This document shows, one piece after another, positions 33,248 through 43,041 of a DNA stretch of 64,000 nucleotides. The notes below the pieces were generated by a model that worked only from the letters and a program-made list of their open reading frames with translations, was not told the origin of the DNA and did not search any database. Within the stretch, counting starts at the first letter, position 1. Every line of letters begins with the position of its first letter. Both the position numbers and the translations under genes were made by a program. Source of the DNA: an uncultured Pseudomonadota bacterium (GTDB lineage Bacteria; Pseudomonadota; Alphaproteobacteria; JACZXZ01); the NCBI GenBank assembly GCA_963749075.1, contig CAVVLJ010000016.1, forward strand, positions 448,001 to 512,000, in the 5' to 3' direction.

Positions 33248-34228
33248 ATGGCCGAGTTCATGGAAATCAAGGCCGCAGCCGACTTCCTCGGCAACGGCGC
33301 CATCGAGATCAACCGCTACGAGAGCGAGATCTACGACATCTGCCGGCGCGGCTCGCCGACGCTGCAGCGCCTGCCGAGCGTGCCCGCCTCGGGCGCCCCG
33401 CACCGCTACTTCGAGCAGACCGCTGTGGCGCAGGCGCAGTTCACCGACCCGCGCAACATCTCGGCCACGGCCTCGGGCCCCAACCGCGTCGAGCGCTCGG
33501 CCGTCATCAAGGCGATCGTCGGGCAGACCAACCTCTCGCTCTTCGACGTGGACGTGACGCGCCAGCAGGGCCAGTTCGCCTATGTCGAGGCCAAGGACAT
33601 CGAGGACATCGTGAGCGGCATCGAGCTCGCGCGCGCCTCGAGCGTGTGGAGCGGCAACGACACCTCGCTCACCACGCCCACCACCAACCAGTACATGGGC
33701 CTCCTCTCCCAGATCGCGCAGCAGTTCACCGTGGCTCCGGGCGCCTCGATCATCGACGGCATCAAGGCGGCGGTGGCCCAGATGGTGGCCAACCAGACCT
33801 ACAAGGTGATGCCGAGCTGCATCTACGTGAACCCGCTTCTGGGCGACTACATCGACCGCGAGGCCAAGGCGACCGAGGTGACGCTCGGCCAGATGAACGT
33901 CGGCATCGGCCTCCTGGTCTCGACCATCAACACCCAGGCGGGTGCCCTTCCCATCGTGCCCGATCCCTTCCTTCCCTTCGTCACCACGGCGCAGTATGGC
34001 TTCGCGGCGCCGCCCACCGGCTTCCGCAACTACTTCGTCGCCATCCTGACCGAGGGCGCGGTCGAGATGCCCTACGTGCACGGCGGCGACGGCAACCCCA
34101 ACCCGCGCATCTTCCAGCTCGGGCTGCTCGGCGGCCTGCAGGGCCAGTACATCGGCATCAAGTTCGACTGCGTCATCGCCAAGGGTGCCTCCTACGCCCA
34201 TTCGGTGGTGGCCGTGCAGCGGCCGTGA
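33248..34228 (+). CDS. Major capsid protein
   Basis: 326 aa after the scaffold gene, strong RBS, highly biased codons, HK97-like layout. Confidence 0.75.
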   Translation: MAEFMEIKAAADFLGNGAIEINRYESEIYDICRRGSPTLQRLPSVPASGAPHRYFEQTAVAQAQFTDPRNISATASGPNRVERSAVIKAIVGQTNLSLFDVDVTRQQGQFAYVEAKDIEDIVSGIELARASSVWSGNDTSLTTPTTNQYMGLLSQIAQQFTVAPGASIIDGIKAAVAQMVANQTYKVMPSCIYVNPLLGDYIDREAKATEVTLGQMNVGIGLLVSTINTQAGALPIVPDPFLPFVTTAQYGFAAPPTGFRNYFVAILTEGAVEMPYVHGGDGNPNPRIFQLGLLGGLQGQYIGIKFDCVIAKGASYAHSVVAVQRP

Positions 34229-34391
34229 GCCGTCGCTGCTGCCCTCTCCCCTCGAGGGAGAGGGCGGGCAACGCGGTTGCGCGGCACCGCGAGCCGTGCC
34301 CGGCCTCGGCCCTTGATCGCCGGGGGCGCCCGTCCTAAAAGGATAGGCGCCCTCAAGATGCACAACCAGGAACGCGGCCGGGTGCCGCAGA

Positions 34392-34778
34392 ATGAAGAAC
34401 CTCGGGCGCCGAATCTTGCTGACCGCGGCTGTCGTGGGCCTCGTCCTCCCGTGGCGCGCACCGCCGTCGCTCGGCGGCGACAAGTTCGACGGCCGCCAGT
34501 TCCACAGCGGCGAGGAGCTTTACAACTGGTGCCGCTCGAATGATCCGACGGACCGCCAGGCGTGCGAGGTCTACGTGTGCGGTGTCCTGGACACCTGGAC
34601 CACCGCATATCTCGACTCACGTGCTTCGCCTTATCGCATTTGCATTCGCGGTCGGCCGGAATGCCGCGAGCTGAGCGATGCCGTCCTTAAGTACCTTGAA
34701 GAGCATCCGGCCGACCGGCACGCTCCGGCCGCCGAGGTCACGGAATATGCGCTGCAACAAGCGTTCATCTGTCCGTGA
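34392..34778 (+). CDS. Rap1a/Tai4-like immunity protein 1
   Basis: Signal peptide; SGEELYNWC...ACEVYVCGVLD...IC...V.KYL..HP...A....AL..AF.CP pattern. Confidence 0.8.
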   Translation: MKNLGRRILLTAAVVGLVLPWRAPPSLGGDKFDGRQFHSGEELYNWCRSNDPTDRQACEVYVCGVLDTWTTAYLDSRASPYRICIRGRPECRELSDAVLKYLEEHPADRHAPAAEVTEYALQQAFICP

Positions 34779-34782
34779 GACG

Positions 34783-35165
34783 ATGAAGAAGCGATTGGCG
34801 CGGATCATGCTTCTCGTTGCGGCCGCAAGCACGGCGGCCGCGTCGAGCGGCGCGCAGCTTGGTCACGGCAGCGAAGTCCGGAAGCCTTGGCTCTACGAGA
34901 TGCCGGAATTCTATAGCTGGTGCCGTTCGCCGGACCCGCGCGGCCAGCAGGCCTGCAAGACCTATGTGTGCGCCGTAGCGGACGCATTGGCGGCGGAATG
35001 CCTATTCGCCAAAACTTGGCCTCATCCGTTCTGCCTGCCTGCCGGGAGCTGAGCAAGGTGGTGCTGCGGCACCTCAAGGAGAATCCAATCGAGCTCAACT
35101 CGATCGTGTCTGACGTGGTCGGATACGCGCTCAAGGAGAAGTTTCCCTGCAACGCGGGCAACTGA
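34783..35165 (+). pseudogene. Rap1a-like protein 2, frameshifted near 35045
   Basis: FYSWC..ACKTYVCAVAD..FCLP then ELSKVVLRHLKENP..ALKEKFPC in another frame. Confidence 0.65.
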
Positions 35166-35718
35166 CGGCCGGCCCTGCCCAATGCGGCATTGAATGCCTG
35201 AACGATGCCAATCCCCAACGGGACGAGGAACGCGCGGCGGCCCAAGCACGGTGAATGACGGCATCGCGAGGTCGCGCAATATGCTCTACAGCGCGGCATG
35301 GAACGTTCAGCTCGCGGCGACCGTCCCGGCCTGGTTAGCGGTTGCCGCGGCACTACTGGGATTCCTCGAGGCCGCGGTCGAAGATATGCCGGAGTGGTTC
35401 ACCGAACCGCCGGTGTGGCCGGACTTCCCGCATCCTGCTGCCGCGCGGCGCTGGAATCCCGAGAGACCGGCTGGCGGCACGATAACGATCCCGATCCCCT
35501 GAAGGCTCGGCCATGTTCGTCTATCTCCACGGCGCGCGGCAGCAGGTGGGGCGCCGCACGCTCTTCGAGGATCGTCCACGGCGTCGAGGCGGCGGTCGCC
35601 AAAATGGTCGCCGACCGGACGTGCAGCCGGCCGTGGCACTTGATCGCCGGAGGTGCCCGTCCTAAAAGGATACGTACCGCAAAGACGCACAACCTGGGAC
35701 GCGGCCGGGTGCTGCAGG

Positions 35719-36117
35719 ATGAAGAACCTCGGGCGCCGAATCTTGCTGATCGCTGTCGCGGCATGCGCGGCGATGACAGCGCATGCGCAGCGGAACGACG
35801 AGCAGGACGGTTGGCCGTATTTCAGCGGCGAGGAGCTTTATGGCTGGTGCCGCTCGGGCGACGTCGCCGATCGCCGGGCCTGCGAGATCTATGTGTGCGG
35901 CCTGAGCGACGGGATGGCCACCGCGCTGATGATCAACCACAAGCGGCCGTACCGCATCTGCCTGCGGCACGGCATGACCTGCGGGCCTGTCAGCGAGGTG
36001 GTCGTGAAGTACCTCGAGGCGCATCCGGCCGACCGCGCGCGGCCGGCGTCCGAATTGGCCGGCGAGGCGCTGAGGGACGCCTTCCCCTGCCACGGCCGTT
36101 TTTGGATCGACGAATGA
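35719..36117 (+). CDS. Rap1a/Tai4-like immunity protein 3
   Basis: Paralogue of 34392 (MKNLGRRILL start; ALRDAFPC end). Confidence 0.8.
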   Translation: MKNLGRRILLIAVAACAAMTAHAQRNDEQDGWPYFSGEELYGWCRSGDVADRRACEIYVCGLSDGMATALMINHKRPYRICLRHGMTCGPVSEVVVKYLEAHPADRARPASELAGEALRDAFPCHGRFWIDE

Positions 36118-36506
36118 GGAAGCGCCTGCGGCGCATTCTGGTCCTTCTGCTCTTGCTGTGCACGGCATCGAGCGGCCACGCACAACTCGTCCATGCGGGC
36201 GACGTCTTCGACGGGCTTGATTTCTTCAATGGCAAGGAATTCTACGCCTGGTGCCGCTCGCCCGATCCGCGCGACCAGCGGGCCTGCGAGGCATATGTGT
36301 GCGGCGTGCTCGATGCCTGGTCCATGCAATATGCCAAGTTGCATATGAGGCCTTATCCGCTCTGCCTGCCCACCGGCATCACCTGCAAGCGCCTGAGCGA
36401 GCTGGTAACGGAATATCTCACGAAGGACCCGATGGCGCTCGGCGGTGATGGCTCTAGCGCGGTTGGGTATCCGCTCCTACAGATGTTCCGCTGTCTCAGC
36501 AGCTAG
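36114..36506 (+). CDS. Rap1a/Tai4-like immunity protein 4
   Basis: MRKRLRRILV signal peptide; NGKEFYAWC..ACEAYVCGVLD..LCLP. Confidence 0.75.
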   Translation: MRKRLRRILVLLLLLCTASSGHAQLVHAGDVFDGLDFFNGKEFYAWCRSPDPRDQRACEAYVCGVLDAWSMQYAKLHMRPYPLCLPTGITCKRLSELVTEYLTKDPMALGGDGSSAVGYPLLQMFRCLSS

Positions 36507-36611
36507 CGCTGCTTGGCCGGCGTCAGCGCGGAAGCAACGCTCACTCATCGAAGCTCGTACTGGCCGACCGCTTCGTCAGTCAGCGAATCGCTGTGCGGGG
36601 TGTGCTATCTG

Positions 36612-37025
36612 ATGCCGAAATTATTCGCGGATGTGACCGAGCCAAAATACGATCCTCGCGATGGTCTATGGCACAATCGGATGAGGTGGGTCGATGAAGA
36701 TGGCATCCAGCATGGCGTGACCGTGGAATTCAGCTGTCCCAGGCCGAATGTCTGCCCGAGCACGATCGACGAGGGCATCACAAGACTGCAATGGGCGCTG
36801 CTTCATGGGACGTTGGAAGTCGCGGGCGAGCTCGTCGGACCACGGTGGAAATTGCCGATAAACCTGTTGCACGCGCTCATGGGGTTCCTCGAAGGCGCAT
36901 CCGAGGAAATTCCGAAGCGGCCCACCGATAAACCGGCGTCGAGCGATCGCCCGCATCCACCGGCCAAGGATCACGCGGTCCCCGACGGGCCGGAAGGCGA
37001 CACGATCATAGTCCCGATCCCCTGA
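36612..37025 (+). CDS. Hypothetical protein (degenerate partial copy at ~35298-35502)
   Basis: Ends GDTIIVPIP; the remnant copy ends GGTITIPIP. Confidence 0.5.
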   Translation: MPKLFADVTEPKYDPRDGLWHNRMRWVDEDGIQHGVTVEFSCPRPNVCPSTIDEGITRLQWALLHGTLEVAGELVGPRWKLPINLLHALMGFLEGASEEIPKRPTDKPASSDRPHPPAKDHAVPDGPEGDTIIVPIP

Positions 37026-37035
37026 AGGCTCCCCC

Positions 37036-37278
37036 ATGTTCGTCTATCTCCATGGCGCGCGGCAGCAGGCGGGGCGGCACACGCTCTTCGTGGCGCCGGG
37101 CGCGGAGATCGCCACGGCGGAGTGGCGCACGCCCGAAGGGAAGCCGGTCACCTTTCCCGTGGTCTTCGAGGACGGGCGCGCCTCCGTGCCCGAGCCGCTC
37201 GGGCGCTATCTCGTCGCCCGCGGCATCGCGCACGCGGCGCGCCGCGCAATTCTGCTGCTTCCTGCCATCGGATCCTGA
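37036..37278 (+). CDS. Small phage head-associated hypothetical protein
   Basis: 80 aa, F..GRASVP..LGRYLV motif; position after capsid. Confidence 0.6.
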   Translation: MFVYLHGARQQAGRHTLFVAPGAEIATAEWRTPEGKPVTFPVVFEDGRASVPEPLGRYLVARGIAHAARRAILLLPAIGS

Positions 37279-37391
37279 GCGAGGAGGATCGGCGTCCCGC
37301 TGACCGCGGCGCGCCCTCCGAAGGCCTCCTCACCCCGACCCTCTCCTCCTGAAGGAGGAGAGCGAGATGTTTTGCCGAGGAGCTGAGCCCC

Positions 37392-37787
37392 ATGCCCCAG
37401 GCCACCACCTTGCCTGAGTTCTACCATGCCGCCGCCTCCGGCCCGGCCTTGCAGCTCCAGGTGCCGGCCTCGCTGCATCAGATGCCGTCGACGGTCGCGG
37501 CCGGCACCACCGCGAGCTCGGCCGTCATCGTGAGCGACGGCTACCAGCGCATCGCCGTCGCCGTGACCTCGTCGCAGGCCGGCACGCTCTCGCTCCAGCG
37601 CTACCTCGACCAGGCGGGCAGCATCGCGCAAGGGGCTGCCATCTCGGCGAGCCTCAGCGCCAACCAGCCCGCGGTGATCAACGCCACGGATGGCCTCCCG
37701 TTCCAGAGCCTCGTCGTGAGCGTCGCCAACAGCGGCAGCGCCGGCGCCAGCCTGAGCGCGCTCGTCATCCTGCTGCAAGGCAATTGA
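37392..37787 (+). CDS. Phage hypothetical protein
   Basis: GAGGAG RBS; beta-rich; coupled to next gene. Confidence 0.6.
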   Translation: MPQATTLPEFYHAAASGPALQLQVPASLHQMPSTVAAGTTASSAVIVSDGYQRIAVAVTSSQAGTLSLQRYLDQAGSIAQGAAISASLSANQPAVINATDGLPFQSLVVSVANSGSAGASLSALVILLQGN

Positions 37788-37788
37788 G

Positions 37789-38694
37789 GTGGCATCGCTC
37801 TATCTGCAGCCTGCCGACTATGCCGGCTTCGCCGTCTCCGACGCGAGCGCTGCCCAGGTGCAGCAGGCGAGCATGCTCATCAACGGCTATCTCAGGCGGC
37901 CCGAGGGACTCCTCTGGGGGGCCGACGCGAACGGCACGCCCGCCTACATGGCTGGGCTTCAGCCCAAGCTCGCGCTCGCCGCAGCCGCGGCCATAGCCCC
38001 GGGCAGCAACGTCGCGGTGCCGGTGACGGGCGCCGCCCTCGGCCGCGACTTCGTGGGCGAGGTGGTGACCATCGACCGCGCCAATGCACCGGCCTGCGAG
38101 ACCTGCGTGATCGTCGGCATCGCACCCGGCGAACTCACGCTGCAAACGGTGCTCTTCAGCCACGCGTCGGGTACGGCGCTCGAGCTCGGCATGGCGATCC
38201 TCGAGGAGAGGGCGCTCCCCAAGGACCGCTCGCTGGCGCGCCTCGCGCGCTGGCCCGTTGTGCGGCTCCTCTCGGGCCTCGGGCGCTATGCCTACGGGCG
38301 GCGCGGCAGCCAACAGGCGGGCGAGCTCGCCGAGTTCAATCTACTGGCCGTGGTCTCGAGCTTTGGCGGGCCGCCGCTCTGGATCCCTTTCGATGTGTGC
38401 CAGGCCGACGTGAGCGTCTCGACCGGCGAGGTGTGGGTGCCGGCGGGAGCGCTCCTCGCCTATTATTCAGAGGTGCGGGTGCGCTATCTCGCGGGCTGGA
38501 GCTCGGCCGGCCTGCCGCAGGACGTGAAGCAGGCCTGCGCCAACCTGGTGCGCACGCTGATCGACCAGGGCCTCTCGGCCAACGTCGAGAGCTACAGCGC
38601 GGGCGACACGCGCATCAAGCTCTTCTCCGACACGCTCCTCGACGCCGACACCAAGGCGATGCTCGATCCCTACCGGGCGCGCCTCTTCCTCTGA
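37789..38694 (+). CDS. Head-tail adaptor/connector-like protein
   Basis: N-terminal YL...Y..AS.LINGYL, C-terminal VRYLAGW...LPQDVKQAC..L...LDPYR. Confidence 0.7.
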   Translation: MASLYLQPADYAGFAVSDASAAQVQQASMLINGYLRRPEGLLWGADANGTPAYMAGLQPKLALAAAAAIAPGSNVAVPVTGAALGRDFVGEVVTIDRANAPACETCVIVGIAPGELTLQTVLFSHASGTALELGMAILEERALPKDRSLARLARWPVVRLLSGLGRYAYGRRGSQQAGELAEFNLLAVVSSFGGPPLWIPFDVCQADVSVSTGEVWVPAGALLAYYSEVRVRYLAGWSSAGLPQDVKQACANLVRTLIDQGLSANVESYSAGDTRIKLFSDTLLDADTKAMLDPYRARLFL

Positions 38695-38706
38695 GGAGCG
38701 CCGACT

Positions 38707-39045
38707 TTGAGCTTCCTCTATCCGCGCACGATCGCGATCACGCGGCCGCGCAGCGCCGCGGGCATCGGCGTGCAGACCTACGGCGGCGTTGCCGCGAGTG
38801 CGGAGGATGCCGTCGCGAGCGGCATCGCGGCGAGCATCCAGCTCGTGCGCGTGGGCGGCGAGGGCCCGGCCAAGCTGCCCGCGGATGCCGCGCGCTCGCG
38901 CTGGCGCGTCTTCTTCAAGGGGCCGAGCGCGCTGGTGCGCGACCGCGACGTCATCACCGACGATCTCGGCCTGCGCTACCAGGTCTCCGCCGCCTATTGG
39001 AACGCGCTCGGCTACGCCTGCGAGTGCGAGAGGCTCGAAGTGTAG
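38707..39045 (+). CDS. Head-closure-like protein
   Basis: MSFLYPRTIAITRP, RDVITDDLG.RYQV; neck position. Confidence 0.6.
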   Translation: MSFLYPRTIAITRPRSAAGIGVQTYGGVAASAEDAVASGIAASIQLVRVGGEGPAKLPADAARSRWRVFFKGPSALVRDRDVITDDLGLRYQVSAAYWNALGYACECERLEV

Positions 39046-39138
39046 AGGACGGACGACGGATGACGGACGACGGAACGGCGCTCGCTGATCGCGCTCGTCG
39101 CCCGTTTTCCGTCGTCCGTCGTCTGTCGTCCGTCGTCT
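39045..39138. repeat. Host heptamer-repeat hairpin inside the phage cluster
   Basis: ggacggacgacggatgacggacgacgg...ccgtcgtccgtcgtctgtcgtccgtcgtct, same family as in the rrn operon. Confidence 0.8.
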
Positions 39139-39142
39139 GACA

Positions 39143-39979
39143 ATGGCCGACCTCGCCGACGTGATGAACGCGCTCGTGGCGGCGGTCGATCGCGTGCTCT
39201 ATCCGAACGGCGACGCAGCGCCTTCGCTGCTCGGCACGCCCTTTCGCATCTATCCGGGCGAGCCGGTGCCGGACCAGCTCGACGCGGATCTCGCGGCCGG
39301 CACCATCAACGTCTCGGTCTTCCCCTTGGACGGCGAGATCAACACCACGCGCTTTCCCCCGGATTGGCACCAGGCGACGCCGCCCGCGGTGACGCTCGCC
39401 GCCGCGGTCGCGGGCAATACGGTGACGCTCTCGGGCAGCGTGTCGACGCCGCAGAACCTGGCCCTCCTCGTCGACGGCAAATCCTACGTCTATGCGGTAG
39501 CAGCGGCGGATACGCTCGCGACCATCGCCGCGGCACTCGCAGCCCTGGTGAGCGCGGACCAAGGGGCCTCGAGCGCCGGACCCGCGCTCACGATCCCCGG
39601 CGCCCACCGCATCGTCGCCCGCGCGGGCGGGGCGGGCACCAGCATCCGCGAGGTCAAGCGCCAGCTCCGCCGCTTCCGCATCAGCTTCTGGTGCAGCGAC
39701 CCCAACGCGCGCAACGCCGCGGCGGCGCCCGTCGATGCGGCGCTCGGCGGCACGACGTTCCTCACGCTCGCCGACGGCACGTTCGGCCGGCTCGTCTACC
39801 ACGCGAGCCCGCTCGTCGACAAAGCCGAGAAGGCGGCACTCTACCGCCGCGACCTCGTCTATTCGGTCGAATACGGCACCACGCAGATCGAGAGCGACAC
39901 CGAGATCATCGTTCTGCAAGAGCTGCTCCAGAGCGGCACCAGCCGGGCGATGCTCGGCAGCATCACGATCAACGAGTAG
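39143..39979 (+). CDS. Tail completion/terminator-like protein
   Basis: MADLADVMNAL, LYRRDLVYSVEYGT; immediately upstream of sheath. Confidence 0.65.
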   Translation: MADLADVMNALVAAVDRVLYPNGDAAPSLLGTPFRIYPGEPVPDQLDADLAAGTINVSVFPLDGEINTTRFPPDWHQATPPAVTLAAAVAGNTVTLSGSVSTPQNLALLVDGKSYVYAVAAADTLATIAAALAALVSADQGASSAGPALTIPGAHRIVARAGGAGTSIREVKRQLRRFRISFWCSDPNARNAAAAPVDAALGGTTFLTLADGTFGRLVYHASPLVDKAEKAALYRRDLVYSVEYGTTQIESDTEIIVLQELLQSGTSRAMLGSITINE

Positions 39980-40027
39980 GACGGCCCTTACGGGCGGCCG
40001 CGCATATTCCTCGAGGAGGTTTCCGCC

Positions 40028-41584
40028 ATGCCGATCTTCCAGCTCGGTCAGCTCAACACGACGGCGCTCATCGTCCCCGACCTCTACGTCCAGATCGTCC
40101 CGCCGCAGGTGACGCTGTTGAACGGCGTGCCGACCAACGTCCTCGGGCTGGTCGGCACCGCGAGCTGGGGGCCGGCGAACGCGCCGACCATCGTCGGCAG
40201 CATGGCGGACTATGCCAGCCAGTTCGGCCCCATCATCGCGCGCAAATACGACCTCGGCACCGGCGTCGCCGCCGCCGTGCTGCAGGGTGCCGCTAACTTC
40301 CGCTGCGTGCGCGTGACGGACGGCACCGACGCGGCGGCCTCCTTGGCGCTCAAGGACACCACAACGCCCACCGCCGCGACCGGCCTCACGCTTACGGGGA
40401 AATACACGGGCTCGCTCGGCAACCAGCTCGTCGCCAGCGTCTTCAACGGCTCGCAGACCGGCACCTTCCGCATCGTCGTCACCATGCCGGGCTTGGTGCC
40501 CGAGACCTTCGACAATATCCCGGGCACCGGTGCCGCGCTCTGGGCCAACATGGCGAACGCCATCAACTTGGGCCTGGGCGGCCTGCGCGGCCCCTCCCAG
40601 CTCGCGGTCGCGAGTGCGGGGAGTGCCACCAACCCGCCGGCACTCGTCACCAACCAGGCCTTCGCGGGCGGCAGCGACGGCGCCACCACGATTACCGCTT
40701 CCGTGCTGGTCGGCGTCGACACGGTGCCGCGCAAGGGCATGTACGCCTTGAGGAACACCGGGACGAGCATCGCGGCGCTGGTCGATGCCGACGATTCGAC
40801 CGAATGGACGGCGCAGGTCGCCTTCGGCCTCTCCGAGGGCATCTACATGATCATGGTGGGGCCCGCCGGCGACAGCATCGCCAACGCGGTCTCGGTCAAG
40901 GCCACGGCCGGCATCGATTCCTACGCGGCCAAGCTCCTCTTCGGCGACTGGGTCTATTTCAACGATACGGTCAACAACCAGCTCCGCCTCATCTCGCCCC
41001 AGGGCTACATAGCCGGGCTCCTCGCCAATCTGGCACCCCAGGGCTCGAGCCTGAATAAGCAGCTCTACGGCATCGTCGGCACCCAGAAGTCGATGCAGAA
41101 CCAGACCTACTCCTCGGCCGACCTCCAGGCGCTCGTCGAAGCCGGCATCGACCTCATCGCCAACCCGGTGCCGGGCGGCAGCTACTTCGGCGCGCGCGTC
41201 GGCCACAACACCTCCTCGAACGCCGTCATCCAGGGCGACAACTACACGCGCATGACGAACTACATAGCTGCCACGCTCAACGCCGGGATGGGCATCTACG
41301 TGGGCCTCCTTCAGACGCCGACCGTGCGCGCCCAGGCCGCGGCCACGCTCGACAACTACCTCTACAATCTCGAGCAGCAGGGCCAGATCGGCACCGCCGA
41401 CGGCTCGCAGGCCTATTCGGTCGTGCTCGACGATTCCAACAACCCAGCCAGCCGCGTAGCGCTCGGCTACATGCAGGCCGACGTGCAGGTCATCTATCTC
41501 TCGGTCATCGAGAAGTTCCTCGTCAACATCGAGGGCGGCCAGTCGGTGCAGATCGTCAGCCAGGGTGTGACGCCGGTGAGCTGA
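40028..41584 (+). CDS. Contractile tail sheath protein
   Basis: VPDLYVQIVPP, GLVGTASWGP, GGSDG, NYTRMTNYIA, LDDSNNP..RVALG. Confidence 0.88.
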   Translation: MPIFQLGQLNTTALIVPDLYVQIVPPQVTLLNGVPTNVLGLVGTASWGPANAPTIVGSMADYASQFGPIIARKYDLGTGVAAAVLQGAANFRCVRVTDGTDAAASLALKDTTTPTAATGLTLTGKYTGSLGNQLVASVFNGSQTGTFRIVVTMPGLVPETFDNIPGTGAALWANMANAINLGLGGLRGPSQLAVASAGSATNPPALVTNQAFAGGSDGATTITASVLVGVDTVPRKGMYALRNTGTSIAALVDADDSTEWTAQVAFGLSEGIYMIMVGPAGDSIANAVSVKATAGIDSYAAKLLFGDWVYFNDTVNNQLRLISPQGYIAGLLANLAPQGSSLNKQLYGIVGTQKSMQNQTYSSADLQALVEAGIDLIANPVPGGSYFGARVGHNTSSNAVIQGDNYTRMTNYIAATLNAGMGIYVGLLQTPTVRAQAAATLDNYLYNLEQQGQIGTADGSQAYSVVLDDSNNPASRVALGYMQADVQVIYLSVIEKFLVNIEGGQSVQIVSQGVTPVS

Positions 41585-41617
41585 GGGACTGGGCGTGATG
41601 GACGAGGCGAGGGCGCC

Positions 41618-42046
41618 TCACGCTGCGTCGCGGCTCGCTACCACGAGCGATTTGCCGAGCGCGCGCATGGCGGCCTCGATCTGCTCGATCCCGGAGCGGT
41701 GCCGCAGGTCGAAGACGCGCATGACCTGGGGCATCGCCCAGCCAAGCCGCCGCGCGAGCGCCGCCTTGCTGATGCCCGCGCGGCGAAACTCGAGGTAGAG
41801 AAGTGCCTTGGCGGCCTCGAGCGGCGCCAGATGGACGAGCGGCCGGCCGCGCGCCGGAGACGGCTTGGGCAGCGCGCGCCCGTCGGCCACATAGGCGGAG
41901 ACGATCGTCTCGAGGAGATCGGCGGCGAAGCCGAGTGCCTCCTCCCTGGTCTCGCCGTGGGTGGCTCCGGTTCCGAAGTCGGGGAACGTCACCATGTAGC
42001 TTTTGCCGTCCCGCGCGACGGCTGCCGGATAGGCGAGCGTGGTCAT
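41618..42046 (-). CDS. hicB: HicB-family antitoxin
   Basis: YMVTFPDF...ATHGETREEAL..A.D.L, P.PS, C-terminal HTH. Confidence 0.85.
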   Translation of the reverse strand: MTTLAYPAAVARDGKSYMVTFPDFGTGATHGETREEALGFAADLLETIVSAYVADGRALPKPSPARGRPLVHLAPLEAAKALLYLEFRRAGISKAALARRLGWAMPQVMRVFDLRHRSGIEQIEAAMRALGKSLVVASRDAA

Positions 42047-42227
42047 CTAGCGGTTCTCCAGATCGGTCGGCTTCAAGCGGTCGTTTTAAGTGCATAAAAA
42101 TCTAGTTATTTCAATACGTTATAATTCCATCGTCCGATAACGGAAATTTAACAATCGCGAGATTATCACTTCCCGGGTGTCAACCCTATTGTAAAGTGTC
42201 AAGTGGGATGCTAAGTAGGATATTGCA

Positions 42228-43034
42228 ATGGGCAAAAAAATGAGCGACGCGCCGGTCTACTTCGTCCTTGGGCAGGTGCGCTTCAATGCGCTGCTCACTC
42301 TCGAGAGCTATGTGCCAACGATACAGGATTCATTGAGGAAAGTTGGGTATGCAGACTTTGCAAAAGCCACGATAGCAACGATCAATTTGAATATCGGCGT
42401 GCAAGTCGCCGTTAATCAAGTGCCGGTCGCACAAATTCCCCGCTATCAATTCTTAAATCAAGCCAAAACGGCTGGCTTCATTCTTACTCAATCGGCGCTC
42501 AGCTTCGAAACAACGGAATATCATACTTTTGAACCGTTTAGAGATGCATTGCTGTTGGGGCTGAAAACAATCGATGAGGCCACGGGAGGACTTAGCTTTT
42601 CCGAACGCATCGGAATTAGATTTCTTGATGCGGTATGTCCTCGACCGAACGAAAACCTGTCAGACTATCTAGCGCCGTCACTGATCGGACTAAGTGACAA
42701 GCTTAATGGCAGAAAACTCACACGGGCGGTTTCAGAGACGTGGTCCGCCTTAGATAAAACGAACCTTATGTGCCGGGTAGTTATTCATGACCAAGCCGCC
42801 AAAGGGCCTGGCTTTCCTCCCGATCTTCATCCAGAGGCGGTGATTTTTCAAATATCTGAAAAATTTCGCAACATAACCGGGCTATATGCTATTATTGACA
42901 CTGATAGTTGGCATGAAGAGAGGCAAAAATTCTCTATCGACAAAATTAAAGAAATCCTGGGGGGACTTCATGCTACCACGCGTCGATCATTCGACGATAT
43001 GGTCACACCGCACGCTCTCATGGTTTGGGAGTGA
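42228..43034 (+). CDS. TIGR04255-like sporadically distributed protein (low GC)
   Basis: APVYFVLGQVRF, ETTEY..FE.F, ERIGIRFLD, IIDTD..H, F..MVTPHAL..W pattern. Confidence 0.7.
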   Translation: MGKKMSDAPVYFVLGQVRFNALLTLESYVPTIQDSLRKVGYADFAKATIATINLNIGVQVAVNQVPVAQIPRYQFLNQAKTAGFILTQSALSFETTEYHTFEPFRDALLLGLKTIDEATGGLSFSERIGIRFLDAVCPRPNENLSDYLAPSLIGLSDKLNGRKLTRAVSETWSALDKTNLMCRVVIHDQAAKGPGFPPDLHPEAVIFQISEKFRNITGLYAIIDTDSWHEERQKFSIDKIKEILGGLHATTRRSFDDMVTPHALMVWE

Positions 43035-43041
43035 TTGTGAC

